Positions 38,181-50,085 of a stretch of DNA of 64,000 bases are shown here, piece after piece. A program made the position numbers and the translations under genes. The first letter of the stretch is position 1. Each line of letters begins with the position of its first letter. This DNA comes from Macrostomum lignano. Its lineage: Eukaryota. The stretch spans positions 124,001 to 188,000 of the forward strand of contig NIVC01000753.1 of the NCBI GenBank assembly GCA_002269645.1, written 5' to 3'. Below the pieces are notes generated by a model that ran no database searches, was not told where the DNA came from, and was given only the letters and a program-made list of their open reading frames with translations.

Positions 38181-38458
38181 TACTCAGCAACATCGAAAAG
38201 TCGCCATCACAGAAGATTCCATCTGTGATCACCACTTGTGAGTGCAGGTAAAGTCTCTCAATCTTAGCGCGAGTGACGCAACTTAGCTACTGTACTTCGC
38301 GGCAGACTTGAGTTGAGGAATGAAGTGGGGGCAGCGGTGTGCGAGAGTTGGACGGATTAAAGCTACCCCGATCAGTTTTCTCAGATCTTTTATTTCAGAA
38401 TAGTCCAAGAGAAATTGCTCACTGGCGCATAGTGGCGACTTTTCAATGTTGGTGAGTA
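38181..38458. mobile_element. TA-flanked MITE related to 19121-19364
   Basis: TIRs tactcagcaacatcgaaaagtcgcca / tggcgacttttcaatgttggtgagta; TA flanks. Confidence 0.8.
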
Positions 38459-38828
38459 TATGTCGAACCTATGCAATACAACCATGAATTGCTTGTCCGC
38501 CATGAATTTAGGGGGCAAAAACGCAAAAATTCACCTTCGCGAGACTTTGTTCCCTTTAATTTGCCGCGGTTATGATCAGCTAGTTTTTAATGTATTGTTT
38601 TCTTTTATTCGTTTATGATTATGGGCACTTTCAAACTAAAAATAGAAACATAAATTGTTTTGATTTCTATGGCAGCAAAGGCCTAGTGAGATAGACGAGG
38701 CGTACAGCCTATGCGGAATGCATTTAAGGACGCTCAGGCTAAAAGTAAAAACTGGCTGTGTATGGCATCCAAACAGAAGCATTAACGTCGGACCGCGCAT
38801 TAATTTTACAGGCCTGTTCTGTTTATCC

Positions 38829-40875
38829 ATGGACGACCAATCGGAACAGCAGACATTAACTTTATTGGAAAAGTGCGGCGCTCTGCTAATTGGTCAGTGC
38901 CAACAGTTGCAGCAGATTCTGCAACAGCAGCAACTGCAACAGCCGTCTGAAGCCGCTTCAGCAGCAGCAACTGGGGACGCCCTATCGAGAAAGCTAAGCT
39001 CCGCTCTGCTCATTCTGCAGCTGCACAGCAACTACAGCGGCCGGCTATTTGACCTGCTCAGGTCGGAGCTGCGCTCGGCTCTGAGCTTCAAAGTGGATAA
39101 TAGTCCAGACTTAATCAGCGTCAAATATCGCGAGACAACCAAGCTGCTGAAGGACTTGTGCCTGCGTAGCAAAGCCATGTCGCACGACGTCATCAAGGGT
39201 AGCCGCGAGCTGGTGAAGGCATTCAAAGCTATCCAACGGTCAGACGAACGGCGGCGCAGCAGCAGCGCCCTGAGCCGGGTTCGGGACCTGGCCATGGCCC
39301 CGATCCGCTGCCGCTCGAGCTCTCGGTCCAGCCGTCAAACGACGACGGCTTCAAGCGAAACAGGCGCTACTGGTAAATCTGCCAAGCCTGCAGCTCAGGA
39401 GCCGTCGATGATGGGCAAGTCATTCGCTCTGCTCAGTCTGGAAAGGAGCCCCAGAAATCGCTCGCCAAAGCAGACGACCCCTGCCGCTGTATCAGAATTC
39501 AAGAGTCCCGTGCCACCAAGGCGAAGCAGTTCGCTGAACTCTGTGCCTCCCGAACTGCATCGGCTCTTGCAGCGACATCAAAAGCTGCAAGAGCCACCGC
39601 AGTGCCAGCCATCAGGCCTTCGGTGCACAGAAAACTGTGTGAAAATTATGTCTAAGACCGAGAGACATCGAATAGTTGAACCGTCTGTCACGTTGCAGCA
39701 ACAGTATCATGCTCAACATCGGAGCCAGCGGGAGCATCAGCAGCACCAACAAGAGTATCAATATCAGCATCGTCAGGACTATCAGCAGCATCAGTACCAG
39801 CAAGAGCAACGGCAATATCGCAGTGAATCTTTGAATACGCCAGCGTCACCAAAGGCGTCCGTGAGCTCGGAAGGCACAGCTCAGTTGCCAAGCGAGGCAT
39901 CCTGCTCTCCGAATTCAGTTGGCGATGCCAAATCGTTTGTGGACAAAGGGAACAAGGAAGAATATTCAGATGTCAGAAAGATGTCTGACATTGCGACTAA
40001 AGTGTCCGAAGTGGACAGCGCTCGGACTGGATTATATAGGAGCACCAGCGCAAACATGTCGGAGCTTGACTGCACTGGGTCATCTGCGGTGCGCGATCAA
40101 ATAACGATGAAGTGAGTAGTCAGCTGTGTACATCTCTAACGATGAGAAAGCCAGTGTCGCTGTGCACCCTGTGTCCTCCTAGGTTGCTGGGGCCTGCGGG
40201 TGCGAGTACCTACTATGTTTCGGATAAAACAGTATTTAAACAGCTTTTTGATTTGCTCGTTTTAAATAATTGCTACAAGCAATTATGTAATTGATTATTA
40301 GTTTTACTTGCAATTAAACTTAAAAACTAAAAAAAATTATTTAAAGTAGCAAAGGTGCACGCGCCAACGAATTCGAAAATCCTCACCCCTCTAGCAGAAG
40401 CAGTCCAAAGCAAGAGTTCGCTGACTCTGCCGCAATAGTGGAACCAACAGGCAGCGTTCAAAAGCTTCGCAAACTTCAGACGCTGCCGGTCGAAGCGGAG
40501 GAAGCCCAGAGCCGGCCAGTTCAAGCGGTGGTGAAGCGTCGAAGACATCGACGGCCTAGGCGGGCTCATCCGACCTTCGGCGGCGGAACGAGTCGCAAGT
40601 CCGCAACAATGACCGTCGCCAGCCGGCGCGGCAACTTCTCTGAGGAGTCGACTCGCTACGGTCATCGTAGCGGCCTATTCAGCGACACCAGCAGCAGTGG
40701 CAGCAGCGGCGGTGCTAGCGGTGATGACGAATCCAGCAGGGCGCAGCCAGCGAAGCCAAAGCAGCAGCAGCAGCAGCAGCAGCATACACTGCCGCAGAAG
40801 CAGCAACAGCAGGAGCAACAAGAGTTCTGCGGGACTAGATTTTTAGCCAGCGGCGTCCTAGAGACAGATGTATAG
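38829..40875 (+). CDS. Orphan protein (helical N-terminus, Ser/Gln-rich tail, C-terminal ETDV); exons 38829-40111 and 40398-40875
   Basis: ~430-codon open frame ending at donor AA|GTGAGT; phase-2-compatible acceptor ctctagcag|A; stop at 40873-40875. Confidence 0.7.
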
Positions 40876-42432
40876 GACGAATTTTATCGATCCATTCATA
40901 AATATTATTGAATAGGAGCTCATATAATGCTAAAAGGTTTTAAAAACAGAGAAGCCGGACTGGAAGCACGAAAGCTACAGAAGACAATTGCTGCACATAT
41001 ACAAAAGCTTGCTTACAGAGCAGAGTGCAGCAGGGTACTTGAAATCCAACAAATCCCTAGCCAATTGTCGAGCAAAATTTGTCGCAGAAACAAATTAAAA
41101 GTTAGAAACTGCTTTTGATGCTGTTGCAAAAGGTTGTCAGTTTTTACCAATTTATATGTACTGGCGACAAGTCAGTTTCCAGTCCAGATGCTTCCAGACA
41201 GTCCGGAACGCTATAGTTGCTTTCCTATGTCTTGGCTGGCTTATTGCCAAGTTTCATTCGTATGTCGTAGATTCATTTATACAAGTTTTTCCCCTGCTAA
41301 ACAAACCCTTTTTCTAGAATTCTTTGTCCAAATCTGCAGTTTTCTTTGTACTAGCATTTCTGTACCCTAGGATTGTCATACAATGTATAGTGCTGATCAG
41401 TCGTACTTCTTTGTACTTCATGAGCTTCTAAGGCGGTGCCTCATTGTTACTACTTACAGTAACTTTGGAAAGCCAGTATCGTAGATATTAATTGTCAAAA
41501 TGTGCATGCTTGTACCTCAGTAGCTTACTACTGTGCATACTTTACGAGTGTACAATATTTAAGTGCAATTTAAAGAATAAACTTTCGCCTGAGTTGAAAG
41601 TGAAAATAATGGATTTATAATTTGTTTATAAAATCTCTTAATTTAAATACATAAGACCCTGAGTTAGGCAAAAATACAATAGGTCTTCTCTTGTTGATTG
41701 CATCCGTTTGTTTTCATACGATCGTAGCCTCGCATGCACTGAAGAAATGTTTTCAACTTGATGACTTTTAGCACTTGTATATATGGATTGAAGTATATAG
41801 CTGAAATCAGAAATTAAATACAAGTATTTGCAATAGAATATAACTATGTATAAAAAATTAGAGTTTAAATGTGCATCGAGAGGTTTTCAAAGCAGATAGT
41901 TTTATTATTTGTTTTACCAGTTATAAAAATTAAGATTTAAGAGACTGCAGGGTCTGTATAAAAGCAGGGCACCATTGGCACATTGGACACCCCTTATGTT
42001 AACAAAAATCGAGTTTTGATCGTTGTTTTGCTTGAATAAATATACTTTGGCTTTCGAATAAAAATGTAAATATTTATTTATAATTGCACTTTTTCATATA
42101 CTTCTAACAACCATGAGATTGGTAGTATCAACAAGTTTTATTCTACATTTAAATTCATTTCTTATCTTGCTTTATTGTCGAACTACTTTCGGTACGTCAT
42201 TTTCATTTACCTAGTTGGTGCACTTACAGAAAACATAGAAACATTAAATGCCGTTTCTTGTCCTCAATAAACGTTGGAAAAAGTGAGCAGCAGACTAGTT
42301 GCAGAATTTTATTGCCGGACATGGCATATTTGACTATTTGCAGCTGCTCTGGCTTGTTTACTGCCTTTCCATAAATCAACAGCAATGGTGAAAGTGAATC
42401 TAATCCTTCTCTCTCTCTCTCTCCCATAATGT

Positions 42433-43273
42433 CAGTGTTGGGCAAGTTACTCAAAAAAAGTAACTTGCGTTACTGTAACTTAAGTTACCAATTTTTAAAA
42501 GGTAACTTACGTTAGCCTAGTAACTTTAGACAAAAATCTGGTAACTTTTAAGTTACTGTCCGTTACTCACTTCCGTTACCCATGTTGTTAACAAAAATTT
42601 TCAGCTTTTTTTCACATTGCACATTTTTTCACATTGTTGTTACCGAAATTTGCCATTGGGCATTGGGATTAACCGATTAACAGACAGAGACAGGAATTGG
42701 CGACACGATGTGAGGCAAGTAGAAGGACCAATGGGCAATGGCAATCAATAATTAAAATTATAAATGATAAAATAAACGAATATCAATAATTCAATAGAGT
42801 AAAATAAATAGAACTGTATAAAATGGTGTAGTGTACTGCAGTGCCAGTGGAGGGACTTGTGGAGGCTACAGATGAATTTCTTTCTTTGGTTGTTTGTTTG
42901 AATCAAACTTGAAAATTTTTAGTAACGAAAATGAAAGGCGACAATATTTTACCGAAATTAACAAAGTAAAACATGTTTCAAGTATTTCTTCATTAATTAA
43001 ACGCAATACCATATGATACTATTCACTTAATTTTGAATTTAGGAATGAAAAATGCAAAAACATGTGACAACCGGCGTAATAGCTAAGCATTTCAGTTTTA
43101 AATTTAAATATTGCGATTGTTGCAAAGTAACTGTAACGGACTTCTGAAATTTGAGTAACTTACCGTTACTCCGTTACCAAAATAGGAAAGTAACTTGCGT
43201 AAGGAACGCTTTACGAAAAAGTAACTTGCGTTACCATTTGCAAGTTACTCGGTAACGGAAGTGCCCAACACTG
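42433..43273. mobile_element. hAT-type MITE, 841 bp, nested in MULE copy 1
   Basis: TIR cagtgttgggca / tgcccaacactg; 8-bp TSD cataatgt at 42425-42432 and 43274-43281; empty site in copy 2 near 47828-47835. Confidence 0.95.
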
Positions 43274-45550
43274 CATAATGTTAATGTTTGATTTGCTGTT
43301 AATATGGATTTTTAAAATCCCCCGTGTCTTAAATAAAAAAACGAATAATTTTTTAAGTTGTGATTTCCATCAAAATGCAATTAATTAATGTTTTAAAAAC
43401 ATTTAAACTCAATAAATTATTTATTCTCTTATCAAATAGAATCCAACTCTAGAATCTTTTTCAAGGAAGGAATACTAACTATCCTTAATATTCAATATGC
43501 ATGATAATAAAGCAGTGCATTACTTTTTCAATTTAGAGAATCTAACAAGGAAATAAATATAATTTAGTACAGTACCATTGTAAGCAAAAAACCATAAGTT
43601 TACAGGTACAATTTTTTGTAAAGATAGATACAGCGGAAAATTAAAATTTGACAAAAGAATACCACAAACACTAAAAATGGGGAGAAAAAGTATTACAAAC
43701 ATTGGCATTAATAAAAAAGTAATAAATATTGCAGCTGAGCAAATGAAATTACCAATTAAACAATGCAATGAGTTAAATGATAAATAACAAAGAAATGCTA
43801 AATAACATCTAGCAATGTATATTAAAGCAATTGAAGTGCACTCTGAGTTGAAAGGCTTACAACTCATAAAGTACAGTTTAAATGCAATGTAACTTTTTAT
43901 TTATTTGTAACTTTATAACAATAGAAATCATTACCATAAGCAATTGTATGAAAAGTTGCTATTAATAGTCTTATGTACTTTATCTCTACTCTAAGAGCTA
44001 ACTTTCTATAAATATATATGATTCCTTGTATAAAATTAGGGATTCTTTAAAAAATTCATGCTGCAATATGCATATATCACACTCTTGACCCAAGAAAATT
44101 ATTGAAAGTGGTCAACCAATTAGCACAAAAAAATTATAGACGGCTGTAATGGTGCAAGTGGTGTTTCGGCACACCACTTAAATTAAAGTTGAAATTTTTG
44201 GAGCAGTTACACTAAAGAAAATTATTATTTTATAAAATTAAGAGAGGCTAATAAAATTAGTAGGGCTTGAATTGAATAATATGCTGTGAAGACTCAAACT
44301 TGTAAGCCAAGAAGGCTAGAATTAGGGTTAGCAATTAGGCAATTAGGCGAACTATAGACATTAAGGAATGTGTAGGTATTAAATAAATAAATCATGCAGG
44401 TGCTAATAGTAGCTTAAAACCTATCACTTGGTCCCTTAGAATGCCATAATTTTGGACATTAGAATTAAAATATAGTGTTTTACTGATTGGGAACTTGTTC
44501 TTATTGGAAAACTTCTCATAAATATAGAAATATTAATATAAACAATACGAATAAATTTGCCTATTAAAACTTTGTGGCATTTGTAGGATTTTAGAAGAAG
44601 GAAGTATACCCTGCAACATACGTGCAGAATATTTATGTGCTAAAGGATTTAGGTCTGAAATAAATGACAATAAATGTTATGTGAAGATGGTTTATATGTT
44701 GTTTTTTCAAAGCGTCACATATAAACTTTCAGTAAAAAGACTTCTTGGTCTGTGAGGTAGATTTTTTACTTATATGCTTGCATTTTTTAACTCATAATTT
44801 AAATGATTAGCACAATTTCTTAAATATCATGACTTGGCAAATTATTCATAATAATGTTTTCTTAAAAGGATTGTATATAAAGAAGAGACTGTAATTTGAA
44901 CTTTCACTGAGTAGCTATTCCTTTTTTTGTTGGTTGAAATCATACAAAAAGTAATTGAACTAATAAAAGAAGAAGCTTGGAAATTATTAATTTAATCATC
45001 ATCTTACAAAGTAAAAAAAACTTTTTGGGTGCAATTTTTTCATCAAATAATCTGCCAATGTATTAACTTTTTTAATAAAGAAATACTTGCAATTTGGAAT
45101 ATCCAAAGTTCGTTCTTCATGAAGTAATCCTAACAAAATAAGTTGTGGTTTTTTGATAAGAGCAGAATGCTTCATCATTTTATGGAAAATTGAGTTCTGA
45201 CTATTAGTTTGATCATTTCATATATCAGGCATATTTAGCATTAAATCGGTACGCCTGTAGTACAGAACCTTCGGGGTAGTAAAATCACAGTGTAATAGCA
45301 TTGCAAGCTGCAGTTTTTGCATGTGCGATTATTTTAAAAAATCGAATGCCAAATTAAACATGTACAAAAAACGATAATACAAAGAATATTTAACAAATCA
45401 TCTATCACGAAAGCAAGGATGTCATTTCTATTATTATCAATTTTTTAAATTATTTAAAAGTATCTCCGCAAGTTTATTCTGCATTTTCATATCTAATTTT
45501 GTTATAAAAAGGGGTGTCCAATGTGTCCAATGTGCCAGTGCCAGCTTTTA

Positions 45551-48311
45551 GGGTCTGTATAAAAGCTGGCACTGGCACATTGGACACATTGGACACCCCT
45601 TTTTATAACAAAATTAGATATGAAAATGCAGAATAAACTTGCGGAGATACTTTTAAATAATTTAAAAAATTGATAATAATAAAAATGACATCCTTGCTTT
45701 CGTGATAGATGATTTGTTAAATATTCTTTGTATTATCGTTTTTTGTACATGTTTAATTTGGCATTCGATTTTTTAAAATAATCGCACATGCAAAAACTGC
45801 AGCTTGCAATGCTATTACACTGTGATTTTACTACCCGAAGGTTCTGTACTACAGGCGTACCGATTTAATGCTAAATATGCCTGATATATGAAATGATCAA
45901 ACTAATAGTCAGAACTCAATTTTCCATAAAATGATGAAGCATTCTGCTCTTATCAAAAAACCACAACTTATTTTGTTAGGATTACTTCATGAAGAACGAA
46001 CTTTGGATATTCCAAATTGCAAGTATTTCTATATTAAAAAAGTTAATACATTGGCAGATTATTTGATGAAAAAATTGCACCCAAAAAGTTTTTTTTACTT
46101 TGTAAGATGATGATTAAATTAATAATTTCCAAGCTTCTTCTTTTATTAGTTCAATTGCTTTTTGTATGATTTAAACCAACAAAAAAAGGAATAGCTACTC
46201 AGTGAAAGTTCAAATTACAGTCTCTTCTTTATATACAATCCTTTTAAGAAAACATTATTATGAATAATTTGCCAAGTCATGATATTTAAGAAATTGTGCT
46301 AATCATTTAAATTATGAGTTAAAAAATGCAAGCATATAAGTAAAAAATCTACCTCACAGACCAAGAAGTCTTTTTACTGAAAGTTTATATGTGACGCTTT
46401 GAAAAAACAACATATAAACCATCTTCACATAACATTTATTGTCATTTATTTCAGACCTAAATCCTTTAGCACATAAATATTCTGCACGTATGTTGCAGGG
46501 TATACTTCCTTCTTCTAAAATCCTACAAATGCCACAAAGTTTTAATAGGCAAATTTATTAGTATTGTTTATATTAATATTTCTATATTTATGAGAAGTTT
46601 TCCAATAAGAACAAGTTCCCAATCAGTAAAACACTATATTTTAATTCTAATGTCCAAAATTATGGCATTCTAAGGGACCAAGTGATAGGTTTTAAGCTAC
46701 TATTAGCACCTGCATGATTTATTTATTTAATACCTACACATTCCTTAATGTCTATAGTTCACCTAATTGCCTAATTGCTAACCCTAATTCTAGCCTTCTT
46801 GGCTTACAAGTTTGAGTCTTCACAGCATATTATTCAATTCAAGCCCTACTAATTTTATTAGCCTCTCTTAATTTTATAAAATAATAATTTTCTTTAGTGT
46901 AACTGCTCCAAAAATTTCAACTTTAATTTAAGTGGTTTTGCTGAAACACCACTTGCACCATTACAGCCGTCTATAATTTTTTTGTGCTAATTGGTTGACC
47001 ACTTTCAATAATTTTCTTGGGTCAAGAGTGTGATATATGCATATTGCAGCATGAATTTTTTAAAGAATCCCTAATTTTATACAAGGAATCATATATATTT
47101 ATAGAAAGTTAGCTCTTAGAGTAGAGATAAAGTACATAAGACTATTAATAGCAACTTTTCATACAATTGCTTATGGTAATGATTTCTATTGTTATAAAGT
47201 TACAAATAAATAAAAAGTTACATTGCATTTAAACTGTACTTTATGAGTTGTAAGCCTTTCAACTCAGAGTGCACTTCAATTGCTTTAATATACATTGCTA
47301 GATGTTATTTAGCATTTCTTTGTTATTTATCATTTAACTCATTGCATTGTTTAATTGGTAATTTCATTTGCTCAGCTGCAATATTTATTACTTTTTTATT
47401 AATGCCAATGTTTGTAATACTTTTTCTCCCCATTTTTAGTGTTTGTGGTATTCTTTTGTCAAATTTTAATTTTCCGCTGTATCTATCTTTACAAAAAATT
47501 GTACCTGTAAACTTATGGTTTTTTGCTTACAATGGTACTGTACTAAATTATATTTATTTCCTTGTTAGATTCTCTAAATTGAAAAAGTAATGCACTGCTT
47601 TATTATCATGCATATTGAATATTAAGGATAGTTAGTATTCCTTCCTTGAAAAAGATTCTAGAGTTGGATTCTATTTGATAAGAGAATAAATAATTTATTG
47701 AGTTTAAATGTTTTTAAAACATTAATTAATTGCATTTTGATGGAAATCACAACTTAAAAAATTATTCGTTTTTTTATTTAAGACACGGGGGATTTTAAAA
47801 ATCCATATTAACAGCAAATCAAACATTAACATTATGGGAGAGAGAGAGAGAGAAGGATTAGATTCACTTTCACCATTGCTGTTGATTTATGGAAAGGCAG
47901 TAAACAAGCCAGAGCAGCTGCAAATAGTCAAATATGCCATGTCCGGCAATAAAATTCTGCAACTAGTCTGCTGCTCACTTTTTCCAACGTTTATTGAGGA
48001 CAAGAAACGGCATTTAATGTTTCTATGTTTTCTGTAAGTGCACCAACTAGGTAAATGAAAATGACGTACCGAAAGTAGTTCGACAATAAAGCAAGATAAG
48101 AAATGAATTTAAATGTAGAATAAAACTTGTTGATACTACCAATCTCATGGTTGTTAGAAGTATATGAAAAAGTGCAATTATAAATAAATATTTACATTTT
48201 TATTCGAAAGCCAAAGTATATTTATTCAAGCAAAACAACGATCAAAACTCGATTTTTGTTAACATAAGGGGTGTCCAATGTGCCAATGGTGCCCTGCTTT
48301 TATACAGACCC
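45551..48311. mobile_element. MULE/foldback-like element copy 2 (2761 bp), inverted, inserted in the right TIR of copy 1
   Basis: TIRs gggtctgtataaaagc / gcttttatacagaccc; 10-bp TSD ccagctttta at 45541-45550 and 48312-48321; near-identical reverse complement of copy 1. Confidence 0.92.
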
Positions 48312-49562
48312 CCAGCTTTTATACACACCCAGAGACTGCACGATTTGATAGATGCGGCGATAATTCAGACGGTAAACTTTTAAATTTTCTAATAATTGAA
48401 TAGCTAAATTTTAGCAATGCGCTAGGCTAAGCTGACTGTCTCAGAGGCCATAAAAAACAGATAGAATTGCTACAAACGAACTGAAACCGAAATTTTATTC
48501 GTTAAAAGTAAATTTTGATAAGTCTATACAGCAAATTATTAAACTGCTGATTAAGTTTTAAAGTCAGAGCTGCTTTTGTACTGCTACTATAGTAACTTTT
48601 ATAAATGTTTTGAAATAATTTTTGCATAATTTGTTTTGAATCCATACTTAAAATAGAGGCTTAATTTATTCTATAACCTTGTTGCTATTAAGGGCAAAAA
48701 TATTAGCCCTAACTTAGTCTTAAGGCTTGTTATTGAAATGGCTACTTATTTCAGTCACACTCACCCCTACCATTTCTGTCCTATCTGCAGTACTTAGAGA
48801 CAATAAATTCATTTAATGAGATAAGAATTATAATATAATATAGTTAATATGTCAATAATTTTTTCAGAAGGCATAGAAATTGGTATAAAGGATTTTTTAA
48901 TATATCAGAGGAAAAACATATAAAGAATTCACTTAAAAAGCAGAACATGACAATGATATTCTCATTTGCCTTCATATCTATGAGAAATATTTTCATGCAT
49001 AAATGAAACTTTATTACCAACATGGTTTTGAAACTTAAACTGTCTAGATGATTTATTTTATTTTCTTTGTTGACCCTTAATAGTATTAAGAAATATAAAG
49101 GAATTATTACCCAAAATAATATGCAGGTCACAGAGCAGGAAGTTATTTGTCCAAATTCTAATAATACTAAGCATGTAATTTTCAAACTTTTTTTGAAGTA
49201 AAAGTGCATAGATTTGTTGAACAAAAGGTCTTCTAACAAGCTCATTAATATTTCATCTTCTGTGCACTATTTGAATATCAAATAATACAAATGTAGTTTT
49301 ATAAAAACCAATTAGAAATATACTATATTGTTCCTTCAATTTAACCACCTTAACTTTAAGGCCTGCATTTGCACTGTAGGGAACTGTATGGAACTGAATT
49401 GCCAAATGCAATTATGATTATAATTATTTATTACTAATCATGAAGAAAAATCTAGGAGGCTGATTTTATACCAGACATTGACACTGACGCTAATACTAAT
49501 ATAAATTTGGTGCTTGGCTAATCGTTAGCCATTCAATCTTTGAAGATGTAGGTGCTACAGCT

Positions 49563-49985
49563 GGGGGCAGAGCAGCTCAGCGGCAAACTCATCTGATTCT
49601 CACACCACGACCACCCTGGGTTCGATTCCGTGCGACAAACTCATCTGATTTTCACACCAAGACCACCCTGGGTTCGATTCCGTGCGACAAACTCATCTGA
49701 TTCTCACACCACGACCACCCTGGGTTCGATTCCGTGCGGCAAACTCATCTGATTCTCACACCACGACCACCCTGGGTTCGATTCCGTGCGCAGCCGCATA
49801 TTTTTGGGGCTTGTGTGCACGAAAAGGAGTGCGGCTGTCATGCAATTCACAGTCGTGAGGGCCAACCCCCAAGGCGCAGAGAGTGTACATGCCTGACGAC
49901 TAAAAAGTCAGGGCTGCTGTACACCCCTTTGTGAGCGTTTGTGAGTGCGCGCCTGCGTACATGCGTACAGTATCTGCGCGCTTGC
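49563..49985 (+). mobile_element. tRNA-derived SINE with the 52-bp B-box segment in four tandem copies
   Basis: Head ggggcagagcagctcagcgg; 52-bp units at 49585, 49637, 49689 and 49741, each with ggttcgattcc; body as in the other copies. Confidence 0.85.
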
Positions 49986-50085
49986 AGTAAATACCATTTT
50001 CTTGCATGCATCGCTATTCACCAGTATTTAGCCGTGCCTTCGTTTGTAAAATATTCTGCAACTTTATCAAACATCCGCAGCAGCC

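Larger units (their letters stand above)
41950..48330. mobile_element. MULE/foldback-like non-autonomous element copy 1 (2761 bp once inserts are removed), carrying two nested insertions
   Basis: TIRs gggtctgtataaaagc / gcttttatacacaccc; 10-bp TSD agagactgca at 41940-41949 and 48331-48340; AT-rich, no transposase ORF. Confidence 0.88.

Noticed and set aside
43520-43867. Duplicated 115-aa hydrophobic ORF (also at 47243-47590)
   Set aside because: AT-rich chance ORF inside the duplicated MULE-like element; the duplication reflects the element, not a gene pair
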